This document shows, in pieces, positions 26,101 through 39,785 of a stretch of DNA of 64,000 nucleotides. Within the stretch, counting starts at the first letter, position 1. Each line of letters starts with the position of its first letter. The stretch covers positions 30,442,001 to 30,506,000 of the forward strand of contig CM060734.1 of NCBI GenBank assembly GCA_030704615.1, given 5' to 3'. The stretch is from Takakia lepidozioides (Eukaryota > Plantae > Bryophyta). The notes beneath the pieces were generated by a model. It was not told the DNA's origin and did not search any database. It saw only the letters and a list, made by a program, of their open reading frames with translations. The translations under genes were made by a program, and so were the position numbers.

Positions 26101-28811
26101 TCACATTTATCCACAAGGCCAAAGAGTCCATACATGACACAAAAACATGCCTCTTACAAGCTACTGTGCTTCTCAGAGTAAGGAGAAGTTTGCTGAAATT
26201 CACAGGATGCACTGAAAGGAGACCTGCATAAATTCCAAACGTTATTCAACTTCGAAGACTCTGCAACACCAATTGCGATATGGCTTTTGTCAGATGGAAT
26301 TGTAAGGTGAGGACATTCAATTCACAGATCTTCGTCATCTAGGAGTATTGGCATGCATAATGGATTCAAAGGTATGTAGCATTGAGTGGCACAAGAGAAA
26401 ATTCTCTCAAAAATTCAGTGATGGATTAAGAAACAGAGAAACCTCCACAAATGTAAGGTCCCACGCGAAGCATCACCAGCAGCCCCAGCTCATGAGCAAG
26501 CTGCAAGAAAGCTGGCAGGTCTGCTGAGCCTTTGAAGTTGTACTGACCAGGTTCTACCTCATGGAGATTCCACGGGACATAAGTTTGGATTGTATTCAGG
26601 CCCAGTGCCTTTGCTCTCAATAATCTGTCCTTCCAAATCTGCGAGTAACAACATGCATTTCAAATACAGAAAGAGACAAGGACTGGATTGGACAAAGACT
26701 AAGCAGTGTTTCAATGATGTCTAAATCAATGATGTAGATTCTAGAAGATTTAGAAAGTCTGACAGAATAGGTCTCAACTGACTGGGACCTTTTAGGAGGA
26801 ATAGATGTCCAGATAAAACTAGGGAGTTGGGGTTTAGGTTGGGGGGGTAGTCCTAATGGGCTTTGTGCCCTGGCAAGAGAGCCACGATCTCATTTGACAT
26901 TTTGCTTGCTGCAGCCCATTGGCCATATAAGAAGAGAAGAGCTAAATAAACCCATTGGACACAGTGCTGGAATCAGCATGGTGTTTTCTAGTCTGAAGTC
27001 TATCTAGCCCTTCCATTAAACAATCGATTCTCTGCAATAGATCGGCATTGGCTGTGTGTGAGCGGTAATGCTGATTTCAGGACGAGTTCATACGCATTCG
27101 GGGGTTAACTTCTAATAACCAATTCCAAGACATTTGATATCTTGTGGGGATTACGCCCTCAAGAGAATATTATAGCCAGTATTCAACAGTTCATTATTTG
27201 GGATCTATCTTGAATTCCGCAATCGGATTACAAATTTCAATGGCCATTTATCTCAAGAACTTTCCAACTTCCCAACCAGTTTGCCAAAATGAAGATAAGT
27301 CCCAGTAAATGTCACAAGCTTCCTTTTGTACTACCTCAGAAGTTAGCTGAAGTAGTGTCCTTGAGAGAAAAGGCTCAAACACAGATCAGATGGCAGAAGG
27401 TTTCAGGGTGTTTTTGATTGTACTGGAGGAGCTACAAGTTGCCTAAAGACACAATCTTCAGAAGCAAGTCTACAGGTGAGCTTGCCTGTGGAAGCACACG
27501 GAAGTAGTGAAGGTCACCTCCAATGATTCGAAAAGGTACCCCATCTTTCCAAAAAGTATCATTATCGATTATGAAGCTACGATCCCTCTCAGAATGTGCC
27601 TGCAGTAAGCCAGATTAGTAACACCCGGCACCATGAACAGCTTCAATAGCAAGAAGAGTTGATCGTGTCATGCTCAAAGAAAAGTAAGTGGTCCTCCATC
27701 TGCTACATTGTTCTTGCTTGTTCGCATATTACTAAGAAAGAGGGTAGCTCCCTAACATAGTAAAGTCCAAACAGAGGTAAGCTATGCCTACCTCGAAAGG
27801 TATTTGAGAGCTCACTTCCTTGTGGATCCAAGGAAACTCTATTTAGGTGGAAAGCAGTGCCCAACAATTTCTGCTCAGCAAATCTATGAGTTCTCATCAT
27901 CACACCACCCAATTTTCTGATTTGATGGATGCCCATACAGACATCTTCTCCCCCTGCTTTCGCACTCTAAAGTGATAATGTCCCTAGAATTATACAGTCA
28001 TATTCTGCTTGAGAGTGTTCCATGGTCAGCTTAGAGAGGCCAGAGATTGTATAGTGAAATAGACACTAAAGACAGTAACAGCGCCTAGAAGGGTACAGTT
28101 CATCAGAGGTCACAATCTAGACCCAGACTGCATTACAAGGACGTCACATCGTGCATTTTTGTCCGACGCTTATTGACGATTTCCAGACTCCCCTACCTGC
28201 TTGAGCTCTAAAATACTTTTTCCCCACAGGGTATACACAATTACGGCATGCTTCAGAGTGCTGGTGAGAAGTTTATAGACCAGCAGGAAGCTTTGATTCG
28301 GCTTCCTACAAATTGTTCATAAGTCTGGATGCTTTCAACTTTGGCTCTAAATACTGGCCCACAGGAGTTGGGACATTGCCGGTAGCTGACAATCAAGTCA
28401 GCGATAGCAAATCTTCGCATTGAATCATTCATTGGAGGTCGCACACGAGACCTAAACTTCATCCCAAGGGACACTACAATCCCATTCCACTGTAACCCAT
28501 TTTGCCAAAGGGGTCCCCATCATGCTGGACATCCAAACTCCACAAACCCAACACACATTGCGAAAAGAATGGACTTCCTTACGGAGGTAGAAGGAAGAGC
28601 GGATGAAACCAAGGGCGGAAGCAGCAGCAGCCCAAGCAGCAGCAGGCTGAGGTTGTCCTTCGCCATAGCAACTCCTCCCTCTCACAAAACTCAGAGCAAG
28701 AACAAGTAGAAGAAGGAACTTTAGCTTCAGAATCAAGCACAACCCAGTGCCTTGGCATTGAAGCTTTGCGTTGCAGTTGCTGTCAGACACCTTGTCCTGG
28801 TATCTTTGCAT
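20151..28811 (-). CDS. BGAL17: Beta-galactosidase, GH35, BGAL17-like (about 19 exons; whole span given)
   Basis: Exons in order: [23 protein letters not shown] / [20 protein letters not shown]...LRVGPYICG / [11 protein letters not shown] / GGPVIMVQ / IENEYGSYG / YTTDG / [12 protein letters not shown] / [15 protein letters not shown] / DAPIGEAG / VHDRAQVFV / [10 protein letters not shown] / [19 protein letters not shown] / [11 protein letters not shown] / IILELE...FGWR*. Splice sites are consistent. Confidence 0.93.
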
Positions 28812-30585
28812 GGAAGGCTCTCACTGGAATCTCTTCACAAAACTGCACCCTTCCCTTCTCACTCTTCCTTTAGACTGGGACCATCCCCACTGATATTTTA
28901 TCCACCGTAAGATTCACCTCATTTGTTACAAGATCTTGTTCATAGATTCTAAGAAGGTGGACGGTTCAAAATATTGACAAGTATTACTTATATTGTTCTA
29001 ATAAGAGAATCTATTTCATGGCCGCCCGAAGAGCTTTTAGGGAGTCGGGTGTTAAGGAATACTTATGAGAGGAAGATAGGCTCCCGAGGATTGCAGAGGA
29101 GCTTGGGACTCTGCAACTGAGCGCTAGAAGGTGTAGGTACAATCGGATTTCGTCTTCTTCTTATCGTTGCTTCGAACAGGCGGTGAGGTCCAATTGTAAT
29201 TAGAAATATCCTGGCACGGATTGAAATTGACTTGCAACCTCCAAAATTCAAATGGTGCTGCAGGCCTGCGGAAGCCTGAGATCATTCAACATGGTTTAAT
29301 CTTGAGCAAGGCGAGGTTGTTTGGTTTGAGCTGAACTGGGTTGAATCACATTTTCATGTCAATTGTGCAGCTAATAAACTTTGGCGTGCACATGTGAGCT
29401 TCATCGTATATCTCTAATGATGCACTGTATTTAAGTTGGGTTCTGATGCGTCTGCGTTACTTCAATGAGCTTTCTCATGGTCGCCATGGATGTTGACTCT
29501 GCAATCAAGTCTACAGGGCCATATCTGTGACCTCCATAAGCGTTAAAAAACTATATGTGTTAGCATAATTCTTACTCCCTACTTGGGTTAACTAAGCAAG
29601 CGTTAAGTGTTTAACTGTTAAACACTGGTTACTCCCCTCTTTGTATAATGACCATGTGTATGTGTTAAAGTGCTCTTATCCACTCAAATTAAGTCTCTAT
29701 CAACTCAAGTGGGCATACACTATATGGAGGAGCTTAATAATAGAGATTCCAGTGGACAAACATTAAGTGAAGCTGCAGGAAACTATTAAGTGGCTATTAA
29801 CTATTAAGTAACTATTAACATTCACATCAGACACTCATAGAATCTTTCTTCCAACCTTCACTGCCCGTAGATCATCAGCAGTGATGGCGATTTTTCCCTT
29901 CTCGTAGTTCTATTAACGTGAACTTTATAAATGTTATTTTTCATTGATCCTAAATTTGTATCTGTTAAAGTGCTACAATCCTTTAAGTGTTACAGTTTTT
30001 CTTACTCCCAAAGATTAACACATATGGAGGGCCGACTGTACCAGGAATCAAGCAAACTCTCGGACAGAAAAACTCAGTTAAATTCAGATTTGAGTTGCAA
30101 TAGACTCGAGTTGGAGCAACTGACCATGTTATTGAGCGTCAAATGTTCATATCTCTAGAACAATAGTGCATGCAAGCTGTAAAACCAGCAGCTTGACATG
30201 AATTACGACCAGCTGCTAAACATCGAAATAACCAAGTGCTAGTGTACACATGTATTCTGGAACTGAATTCATATAGTTACTCCTGAAGTAATTGACCGAT
30301 CCTCTGAGCTCGACAGTTCGTTCAATCAGAACTTGCTCTTTATTTGAATTAGAGATTTAAATACAGCTCGAGCATCAATTGATATGTAACTATAATCAAT
30401 GGCTAGTTCGCGCCAGCTTGTTCAGTTCTTGGAGGAGTTTGCTAATTCAGATAGGTGTTTCTAGTTTCTACCCTAATTCGCTTGTGTATCTAGCATCCTT
30501 CCAGATTCGACTTCCCGCTGCATTCTCGAGATGCCGAGAAAGATCAAAGATGGGACTTTGGCAGATATAAAACCGAATTTGCAAA

Positions 30586-31017
30586 TTACTTGTTGTGTGC
30601 TGGATTCGGGGCGCTGGGAACTACATGGTATTTGTGACGAGTAGTGGAACTGTGCACATTGTAGGGATCATCTCCCCTCAGCGTTCTTTTCCGAAAGGGG
30701 TATCGAAGTGCAGACTCTGCTCCTGGTGGTGCGACTGGTGAAGGATAGTAACTTGCGCTCAATTGCAAGTTTGGCGTTTCCTTAAGACGATCCTCGTCGA
30801 CAGTACTCCACGATTGTAACGACCTTCTGATAAGTTGCCTTGGGATTGTGTATGTAGATAGCTTGTCCACTGTCCGCTCACCATAGACGTTGGATGCCAA
30901 TTTGTCAATGTGATCGTCAGTGAGAAGAAGTGACCGATTTCCATATTCTGACGAGAAGACTGAGAGGGACACCAAGAACAAACTCACGAGGACACAAATT
31001 TGCAAGGCTTTCCACAT
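30586..31017 (-). CDS. CLE: CLE (CLAVATA3/ESR-related) peptide precursor
   Basis: 143 aa, single exon, hydrophobic signal peptide (MWKALQICVLVSLFLVSLSVFSS), variable region and C-terminal dodecapeptide HVVPSAPNPAHN followed by K. Confidence 0.85.
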   Translation of the reverse strand: MWKALQICVLVSLFLVSLSVFSSEYGNRSLLLTDDHIDKLASNVYGERTVDKLSTYTIPRQLIRRSLQSWSTVDEDRLKETPNLQLSASYYPSPVAPPGAESALRYPFRKRTLRGDDPYNVHSSTTRHKYHVVPSAPNPAHNK

Positions 31018-32897
31018 GTTTCAAGATGGCCTGTTCGATCAGCAGTGCGATGATGCGTTTTTGGGCTAAAATGATCGTTCTCGAGAAACCTCTACTGTCT
31101 GTCCGCCGAGTCAAAACTGAGTAGCTCCCTAGAGTGGAAAATATTCAACCTATGTTTGTACGAGTTCAAATTTGTCTTAGCGAAGCTGTGAAGAACTTGT
31201 AAAGCAGCGACGGTCGCTTTCACCTTTCAGCGTGATTTTGCTGTCTAGAAACCAAATCCTACTCATACTGGTCAAGGGTGTTTACTAGGTGCTTAGGGAG
31301 TGAGTATTGATGGCTGGCCACTATGTTCAAGATTGACCCGGGGATTCAGAGAGTAAAGAGCTCGAGGTCTCTGCACGACAGATCTTGTGGACTAGTTAGA
31401 AGTCTTAGAAGCTTGCACGGAACAGGAGAGAAAGCTGCAGATTCTTGGTGTCCTATCCTTTGAGGGGAGAGAGCGAACTAGACTATCTAATTTTTAGAGG
31501 TTTAATGGCCAGACAAACTTGTAGAGATCCACACCGGCTGACATGAGGCTGACATGAAAGTGGGAGCTACTTATATATGAAAGTCATATGCATTCCAATC
31601 TGGAGGTCAAGTCAATCTTCAGATTTCTTTATTGAATCACGCTACTGAAAGTCTATATATATTCCCGGTGTTTAGGCAATCGTACACTCCCCAGGTTTAC
31701 TCTTGTAGCACGGCAGGCTTAAGGACTGTCTGGTATTTCCAATGTCTTTGGAATTTGCTAGAGCTCTCGATGGTGAATCCTCGCAACAATCGATGCATGA
31801 AATGAATTGAAAATCTGCAGCACCTTCGAGCACCCAATTGTGCAAATTTGCAGCCACCAACATACATAAATGTATGCCATGATGAGCCGGGCGCCAGCTG
31901 GTAAGCGCCATGCTCCAGATGATATCCAACTTGCAGTCGACAAAGGAAGAAATGAGCTATTTGGGGTAGTTTCCAGTGTCAACCCACCAGGATTCGAGAT
32001 TCCACAAGGATAATGCATGATCTAAAGTGCTCATGGGTTGACTTGATCCCGAACCGTGCGTTGAGGAGCGGGTAGTATAAAGGTCAGCTCCTGCCCCACT
32101 CATGCCCATGTCAGCTGATCTTTCCCCCGCGAACTCTTGCGAGCACTAAGCCATATTTTCTTGTCTCCTTGCTCGAGAATTGGTGCTGCGTGCCAGGAAT
32201 TTGGAGAGTAGAAGATACACGAAACTGTGGCAAAGGCCCTGCCGGAAGACCATGCATCACCCATGCATGAATCCTCGGTAGTTTGGCTCTCGATTCCATA
32301 CACTGGGCCCCACTACATAGTTTTGGGTTTCGCAAGCAACAACAAGAAGGAATGAAAGAATCTAAACAACCTGTGTCATTCCGCCAATCACAACTCACAT
32401 TATGCCCATATATCCATAGACCCAAGAAGGACACAGTACAAAAACAGAAAACAATGAAGTCGCCCTTGTTATTGAAGGAATGAAAGGCTTTAGCCCGGGT
32501 CAAGGAATGTGATACAGTAAATTTGCAGGGACCCACTTGGGAGTGTGTGAATGTGGCGCTTCAAACTTCCGTTTGCAGTTATCTAGTAAAGGAGTACAAA
32601 GTTGTCTTCCAAGCAGCCCATTATGAGATATTTGTTCTCATTTAGCAGGAATCCAACAGTCAGAAGAAACAAAGATGCATGACATACATGCAGGTTGTTA
32701 CAAATGTGATGTCGAACTCATCAAAACACACGTCTAGCAAGCCACAATGTGTGCGTGCAAACCGAGACAAGATTGTAGTGTGCACGCAGCCACGTGGGTG
32801 CGACGCAAAAGTGTAGTCTCGAGCTGCCATCATCTCTCTCAGTTCTCTTCTAGCTGTGGTCCACTATTTGCACTGAGGAGCAAATACAGGGAACCGT

Positions 32898-35800
32898 ATG
32901 GCAGCCTCAGTGGTGGGCTGGACATTGTTTGCGCGTCCGTTCCAGCGGCACTTACATTACAACTCTAGAGCAGTGCATCTGCCTCGCTCGGCTCGTGCGG
33001 CAACCAATTTGGTGTGCCCACAATCATCTCGTGTGGAGCTCGGTGGAGGGTTGATTCCATGCATGCCGCGTAGATTAGTGATCCGAGCAGCTTTACTTGG
33101 GCTCCTTGTGGGCGGCATGGGATCGTCCGTTCCAGCTCTTGCCAAGCTCAAGACATCTGAGGCTGAGGAGGTACTGCACTCTATGTTTCTACCTTGTTAG
33201 ACGAACGGGTAGCGGTGGAACCCGAAAGAATCGGCTATCTAGCTAGTGGTTGTGAAAATTGACCTAATTCATCGACAATTTCTCGGAATTCTACACATCT
33301 AAGTTGGAGCCCCAGGAGCAAGTTTGGACGTTGAACAAAGGGCTCGATGCTAAGGTCCGGTATTATGTAGCAATTTTCTAAATGATCCTTATAAAGAGTA
33401 GCAGGCTCCCTTCCAAATTTCCCGGGCATTTGATCTGTATATATGAGAAAACAACGATGTGGTCATCTCTTTGCATACTGCATTAGGAGGTGTGTTGGAG
33501 TTGTGGATGCATTTGGGGCTTGATTTGCAATTGAAGTGTCAGTGGTTAGCTGACCCAGCGGCTCCACAGAACCCTGCTCACCTTTACTTAAAGAGATTAT
33601 ATGCGACAATATACCTATGACACGAGCTGTGAGGAGATACTAATGTACGTGTCGCCCTAACCATTGAAATTAACCACCTAGAAGCTCACCGTTTATGGAG
33701 TCTTCCAAACCGTCGTTTCCCGAGATACTACAATAATCAAATTGTATACGCAGTTAGTGATCATTTTCCTCACAGCTCTCTAGTCACAAGGGTCAATTTT
33801 ATAATCCTTAAATCTAGCTGTGGATTTTGTACTCCCGAAACTCTGCTCTCACTACAGTCGCGATTGCATATTTGTCATGTGCACTTTGGAATTGCTTTAC
33901 TATTTGTTGAGGTAAACCAGGTGAGTTGTTGTAGATACTAAGGACTGTGGAGTGGCCCGAGCAGTTTCCTTTCAAAGCTGAAGATTTTCAGCGATATGAC
34001 GAGTAAGCTTTCTTACCGCTCACTGCTTTTATATTGTACTTCCAATCATGGATGTAGTCTTAAAGTGTAAGGTTGTTTCATCCTTTTGTGGCCTTTCTGC
34101 CACACATCCTGTGAGATATATGAGCTGTCCAGGGTGATAGGTTCTGCCATACAGTGCTTTCGCCAATAATTCCTGTCACTCCTATATTTCACTTCAACTC
34201 TGGTACAGGCTAAATATCATCCAAGAATACGGCCGCAGCTCAGTGCTGATTAGTCCGGTCTGTAATACCCACTGACTGTAGTACCCCTACGGCCAGTCAC
34301 ACCATAAGTCCTGCCAGTAGACTCTAAAGAAGACAGTATCTTGGGGGTACATATTTATTTGAACAGAGTGGACTTTGTGTTCAGGTCGCCAGACACAACT
34401 TTTTATTCCTCACCAAGATTTGTCACGCATATCGATGACCCGGCAATCAAGTCCCTCACTCAGCACTATGCCTCTGTGTTTCCCCCGAGCAACACTCCTG
34501 GTGTGGCTCTGCTCGACATGTGCAGCAGCTGGGTAAGCCTTCATCTGAGCATTCTTAGCTTCTGGGACTGTATTCTCAATTCTATCGTTTGGGTGACTTT
34601 CCTTGTCTTTTTTGGCTTTCATGCATTTGTGACGGAAATTTGCCTGTGAGGCTGTCCTTGTTGCCTGATCAAACTTCAGCAGTGGTATTTTGGTTCAATT
34701 GATTAATTTGTTAGGGGTGAGACTGGTGCAGATAAGTCATTATCCCAAGGGCTACAAACAGGATAAAATTGTAGGGATGGGGCTAAATGAAGAAGAGCTC
34801 AAGCACAATTCGGTACAGGGGCCTGTCTTTCTGTGGCATTATTGCATCTTTGTTGTGGCAGTTCAAGCAGTGGGTTTTGCTCAGAAAATTGGGACTCAGT
34901 GGATGTAGCAGTATGCAATGATGTTAACCATCATTTTGCTGTCCTGGCTTGCTAAATGTAGAGGTAGCTCTAAACTCAGTGTGTTGTGGGAACCTCTTAT
35001 TAGAAAAGCTTATGGTAGCCTTGCTGTGCTTGTGCATTGTTGGATTTTGAAAGCTCCCATGAAAGAAATTTGGGATATTTTAGTCTGAAAAGTAACTTAA
35101 GGGTAGCGTGCCAATAGTCCCATGTGGTCAATCTAATGTTGTAGCATTCTCATTCTTGCTATGTTCTCTGTGGTCAAGTCTCCAATCCGTTATGTGAAGT
35201 TGTCTGCACTGTTGATCAAGTAGTGAGAGTACCACCATGCAGCATGATTGTCTTTGCAGGGGTGAAGGCATGGCTGAGTAAAGTGAAGGGAGGGAATGAC
35301 AGGTGCTTACAGAGTATGTTGTTCAAGATCTGAACAATAATACTGCACTGCCTTTCGATGACAACTCTTTTGGTGTGATCACAAATGTGGTACTCCCTAA
35401 ACTATCCTTGATGCTTCTTTTGCAATCCTTTGCTGGGTTAACATGGCTTCCTTTGACCTGTACGGACAAATGTACAGCCTTTTGACCTCCATTGATATGC
35501 ACTTCCACTCTCTCTACCTCTGATATAAACATGAACACATGTTGAAGGAAACTTGTGCTTGAGTTTGGGAAGGATAAGAGGTATGTCATTTTCACTGGAG
35601 CATTTTTCAGGTAAGTGTTGACTACTTGGCAAAACCACTGGAAGTTTTCAAGGAGATGCATCGCATATTAAAGCCTGGAGGGTTGGCTATTATGAGGTAT
35701 GTCGGTGGCTTACTTGTAGCACTGGTAGGAATATTCAAGCAGGAAGTGTTTTGATTGAGACTTAGCAACCAACCAGTATCCCAGTGCTTAAAACACCATG

Positions 35801-36721
35801 GTCACACTACGTGGTGTGTGTTCAATCTGGAGTTTAAGGAAGCCAAATTATCCAATGTACCATTGTCGAGTGTAGATGTCTCTGCTACATGCACACTATT
35901 TTCATGAGCCAGGGATCACTTTCCATGAGCTATGGGTATACACCAGCATGTTCTATCAACCATCTCTTAACGTCAGTCTCGGGTTGAGAATAAAATCTGG
36001 GTAGCAAGATGGCTACCAGAGAAACCAATATGAGAATAATCATACTCTCATCTGAAAGTAGGTACTCCGTGGACTAGAAAATCATCACCCTCCTTCTGCC
36101 CCCTCATTGGAGTCGATATCGGCAGTTCTCATGGTTGAGGAATGTCTACGTCATCTTAACTATCATGCTCTGCTTAGATTACAGTACTTGGTGAACTTCT
36201 GGGAACATCACAGGTTTTGTTTGCTTGCTCAGTTTTTCAAATCGATGCTTTTGGACAAAAGCCATCTCAATCTGGACATCTACAGGAGATGTAGACCATG
36301 TATGGATTGTAGGTTCATACTTCCATTTTGCTAAAGGCTTTGAAGCTCCTCAGGTAAGTAAAGTTGCTACAAACTGCTCATGGGAAAGATTCTTTTAAAG
36401 GACTTGATTCGGCTGAAAATGGGATATTTGGCAATGTTACAAGTCTTCCTGTAGCTGAAATTTTGAAAAGATGGATTGAGACGATTAGCCAGGGAGTTGG
36501 CATATTGTGTGCGATAACATGCTTGAAATGGGTTTTAGAGGAATGTTCATGGGTACTGGTCATAAGTTTAGTATGGGCCTCCCAAACTCTATCCTGAAGT
36601 AGTTCTTACTGGATGTATGACCCTGAATGTCGTGTTTATCTTGCAGGCACTGGACATATCACCCAATCCGGGTAGGACTGATCCAATGTACATTGTCTTC
36701 TCCAGAAAGTTGAAAGCATAA
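32898..36721 (+). CDS. Plastid-type class I SAM-dependent methyltransferase (Methyltransf_11, At4g29590-like), 8 exons
   Basis: Exons: transit peptide (32898-33170) / VEWPEQFPFKAEDFQRYDE / FYSSPRFVTHIDDPAI...LLDMCSSW / ISHYPKGYKQDKIVGMGLNEEEL / VLTEYVVQDLN / VSVDYLAKPLEVFKEMHRILKPGGLAIM / FSNRCFWTKAISIWT / ALDISPNPGRTDPMYIVFSRKLKA*. Confidence 0.9.
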
Positions 36722-37939
36722 GCACAACCAACTTTCACTTTCCCATCTTCTTCCCCATCTGTATTTCTGATAATTGTAGCTAGTTTGTATCAAAAAGTTT
36801 TGCTGAAGCACATGGGCATCTGGATGTTCACCCACGTAACTTAGATGTATGTCCACTTCTTTGAGCAGCAGGTTTTATTGCTAGCTGTCAGAGATCCTGT
36901 TGATTCTGGTGAAGCTGCCCAAAAAAAAATGAGGGGCACTCTATCAAGCAATAGGTGGACATGAATCCAAAAGAACCCAGTCCCTTGGTTGGTGAACACT
37001 GCTCGCGTTTTGGCGTCTGGTCTGAGCCTGCAGATTGACCCCAATGAATGGTCATGGAACTTCCAAGACTCCTCAGTTTCATTCTTTCAGTATACAGCCA
37101 AAGAAGCCAGAACCCTGCTTAAAGCTTTGCCATTCAAGGTGAGATGGGAGAGGACAGTAAATGGTCAGGCTATAACTTCATGGGTGGAAACTGGAATTCG
37201 ATATGGGAGTTGGGTGTTTGGGCACAGACCTGTGGCAAATAAGGCAATAACTACCATATGCAATGACATTCTTCCTTCTGTGTAGATACTACTGCATCAA
37301 ACATGCAAGCTATTACCCAGCAAGTTCCACTGAAATGTAGTTATAAGACTACTTGTAGAATTGTGCAATCTTCCAGTAGCCTCCACTCCTCAGCAGGCAA
37401 CCGCTTGGCTGCCTGTAGATCCACCATGGTAACCACCTTTGGCTTCTTAATGTACCATTTACTTCTACCTGCGTTGAGAAATACTGGATTTTGTGACAAC
37501 ATAAGCTGCATTTCTGCATACAGCTGCAAATTGAACCCATTAAGCCATTTCCTGCCGTCTTATTAGCTCCACACTATGCCTTGATGGTCAGGGACTCGGT
37601 AGGTGGGGGTGAACAGGGAGGTAGTGACGGGTTACCCAAGCATAGAAAGGGAACACTTTTGTAATAGGGGTCCGGGTCGCAAGCGGCCAATTTTTGGCGA
37701 GTCTTTTGCTTTTGGAAATAAATGAATGGAATTGTTTTTGGGGCCCTGGAGGCAACTTCATTAGTACTGGTCTCACAGAGCATTCATACAAGGGGATGAC
37801 TAGACCGTTTGTCATCACATGTTCATTAGTCCTGAAGTGCAGAGCGCAGGCTCAGAAGGGCCATTCTCTCTTTTCGTGCGCTTGCGTGTTTGTAAATGTG
37901 TACGTTTGTGGAGTGCCTGCAGACATATAGTTCTTGTTC

Positions 37940-38128
37940 TGATCTGACACACCCCCTCACTAAAAAACCCCACCTTTGGTACTCTAGGTTTGTTGGGGGA
38001 AGGATATATACATCAACTGCGCGCAACGGTGTGCGGAAGTCTCTCTCTTGGAGGGTTCCCTTTGCCCAAATCCAGAAACTCGCCATGCCCCCCCCTGCTC
38101 TTAGTACTTCTAGAACCTGTGTTTGTGC
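37940..38128. repeat. Dispersed repeat; diverged inverted copy at about 52397-52570
   Basis: ggtgtgcggaagtctctctcttggagggttccctttgccc...ctcgccatgccccc has a close reverse-complement match at 52430-52497. Confidence 0.75.
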
Positions 38129-38567
38129 AGCAACCACAAAGCATCCATCAACGGGGCTCGCAAAAATGAAAAATGAAAGATGCAAACCGGTTGACGGCAG
38201 ACAAGCGTGTGAAGGTGAAGAAGAGTAAGCAGTAGATCAGGCAGGTATTTGACAAGGTTGTGGCAGCATCCTCACTACTTCCATTTCCCCGCACCCTGTG
38301 TGGCTCCTTTGGAGGATCAACCGCTCCAGGTGATTGACTTTGTCAAAGCCAAGAGCCCTACTACACCGCGCAGGCGTGAGAGCGGCTGCGCAGGTACCCC
38401 AACGGACCGTGCAGGCCCCACGTTCGCCTCTCTAACACTCTGCGCGCACAAGCTGTTCCACTCCAGCAACAATTGTACAACAACATCAGGCCCTATGTAC
38501 ATGTCCAACACTGGTATATACGCTTGTGAAGGGCAGCTAACTCCACCCTTCCGTTATCTAAGGCGTG

Positions 38568-39785
38568 TAGGGAATTCCAAAAAGGCCTTGATGTGAAATG
38601 CATCGCAATTCACTTGATCACCCCCTAAAAGTGCGCAATTCAATTGAACTAGCCCTAATTTGCAATTCAATTGAATTGTCAACTCGCAATTCAATTGAAT
38701 CGCTAGTTGGCAATTCAATTGAATTGCTGACTACAATTGAATTGAATTGTAATCTATAATTTTTAACTTATTTTTGTATATAATATATAATATATATGTA
38801 CATGTATATATTCAAATTATATTTATACACATATAAGAGTAACCACCAGAGCGACACACACTGTGCACTTATCAGTTCACTGGCTACCAGCCAATGTGCC
38901 TCTTTTTTTTCTTTTTTCTTTTTTTTGGATACATGTTGCCCGTCTATTCTTGCTGGCCCTCTTTCTTGTGCCCTTGAGGAAATTTTGGAGTTGTGAAGCC
39001 ACCTTCAGCCTCAGCGAGAAAGGGAGAGCCAGAGACGGAGACAGATCAGCAGCTTCCTGTGATTCACTGGCAAAAGAAACATGGCTGGCTCCGAAAAAAA
39101 CAGACAATTGATGAAAGGCTTCCCCTGCATCACCATGTAGTCCCCTAACACTAGTATCTGGCCCAGGACAAAGAAAACAAAAAATATGTTCATCTTGAGA
39201 ATTATCAAAAATTTCGATACCCTTACAAAGGTATCATGTTGAAGTTGGGATGTGTGTTCTATATAAGTTTAATATATCAAACTCTTACACGTTGATACTC
39301 TTACATTGGTATCATGTTTGGTATATGTACATAGCCATATATTGGCACCAACATCCACAAAGACAGACAATCCCGCTTTTACAAGCGCTTCGTGACTTCC
39401 TGTCTCTCTCTCTCTCTCCCTCTCTCGCTCTCCCTTAGGCTTATCTTGGGCTCAAGCCTTACCACGGGCAAAGGATTGACAGACAGACAGCAAGAATAGA
39501 CGGGCAACATGTATTTTTAGCTTATACCTGTGTATGTATATATGTATAATTTAAAAATATACATATATATATTATATACAGAAATAAGTTAAAAATTATA
39601 GATTACAATTCAATTGAATTGTAGTCAGCAATTCAATTGAATTGCGAGTTGACAATTCAATTGAATTGCAAATTAGGGTTAGTTCAATTGAATTGCCCTT
39701 GCAATTCAATTGAATTGCGCACTTTTAGGGGGTGATCAAGTTAATTGCGATGCATTGCACATCAAGGCCTTTTTGGAATTCCCTA
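38568..39785. mobile_element. Non-autonomous DNA transposon (1218 bp) with long TIRs and 6-bp TSD GGCGTG
   Basis: Ends are TAGGGAATTCCAAAAAGGCC...GGCCTTTTTGGAATTCCCTA. Inverted homology extends over 250 bp, with an inner pair at 38930-38955 and 39488-39514. GGCGTG lies at 38562-38567 and 39786-39791. Confidence 0.9.

Noticed and set aside
32898-36721. Functional link between the host methyltransferase gene and the retroelement enzyme
   Set aside because: It is a conserved plastid-type Methyltransf_11 protein with no C5 DNA methyltransferase motifs; the proximity is coincidental.
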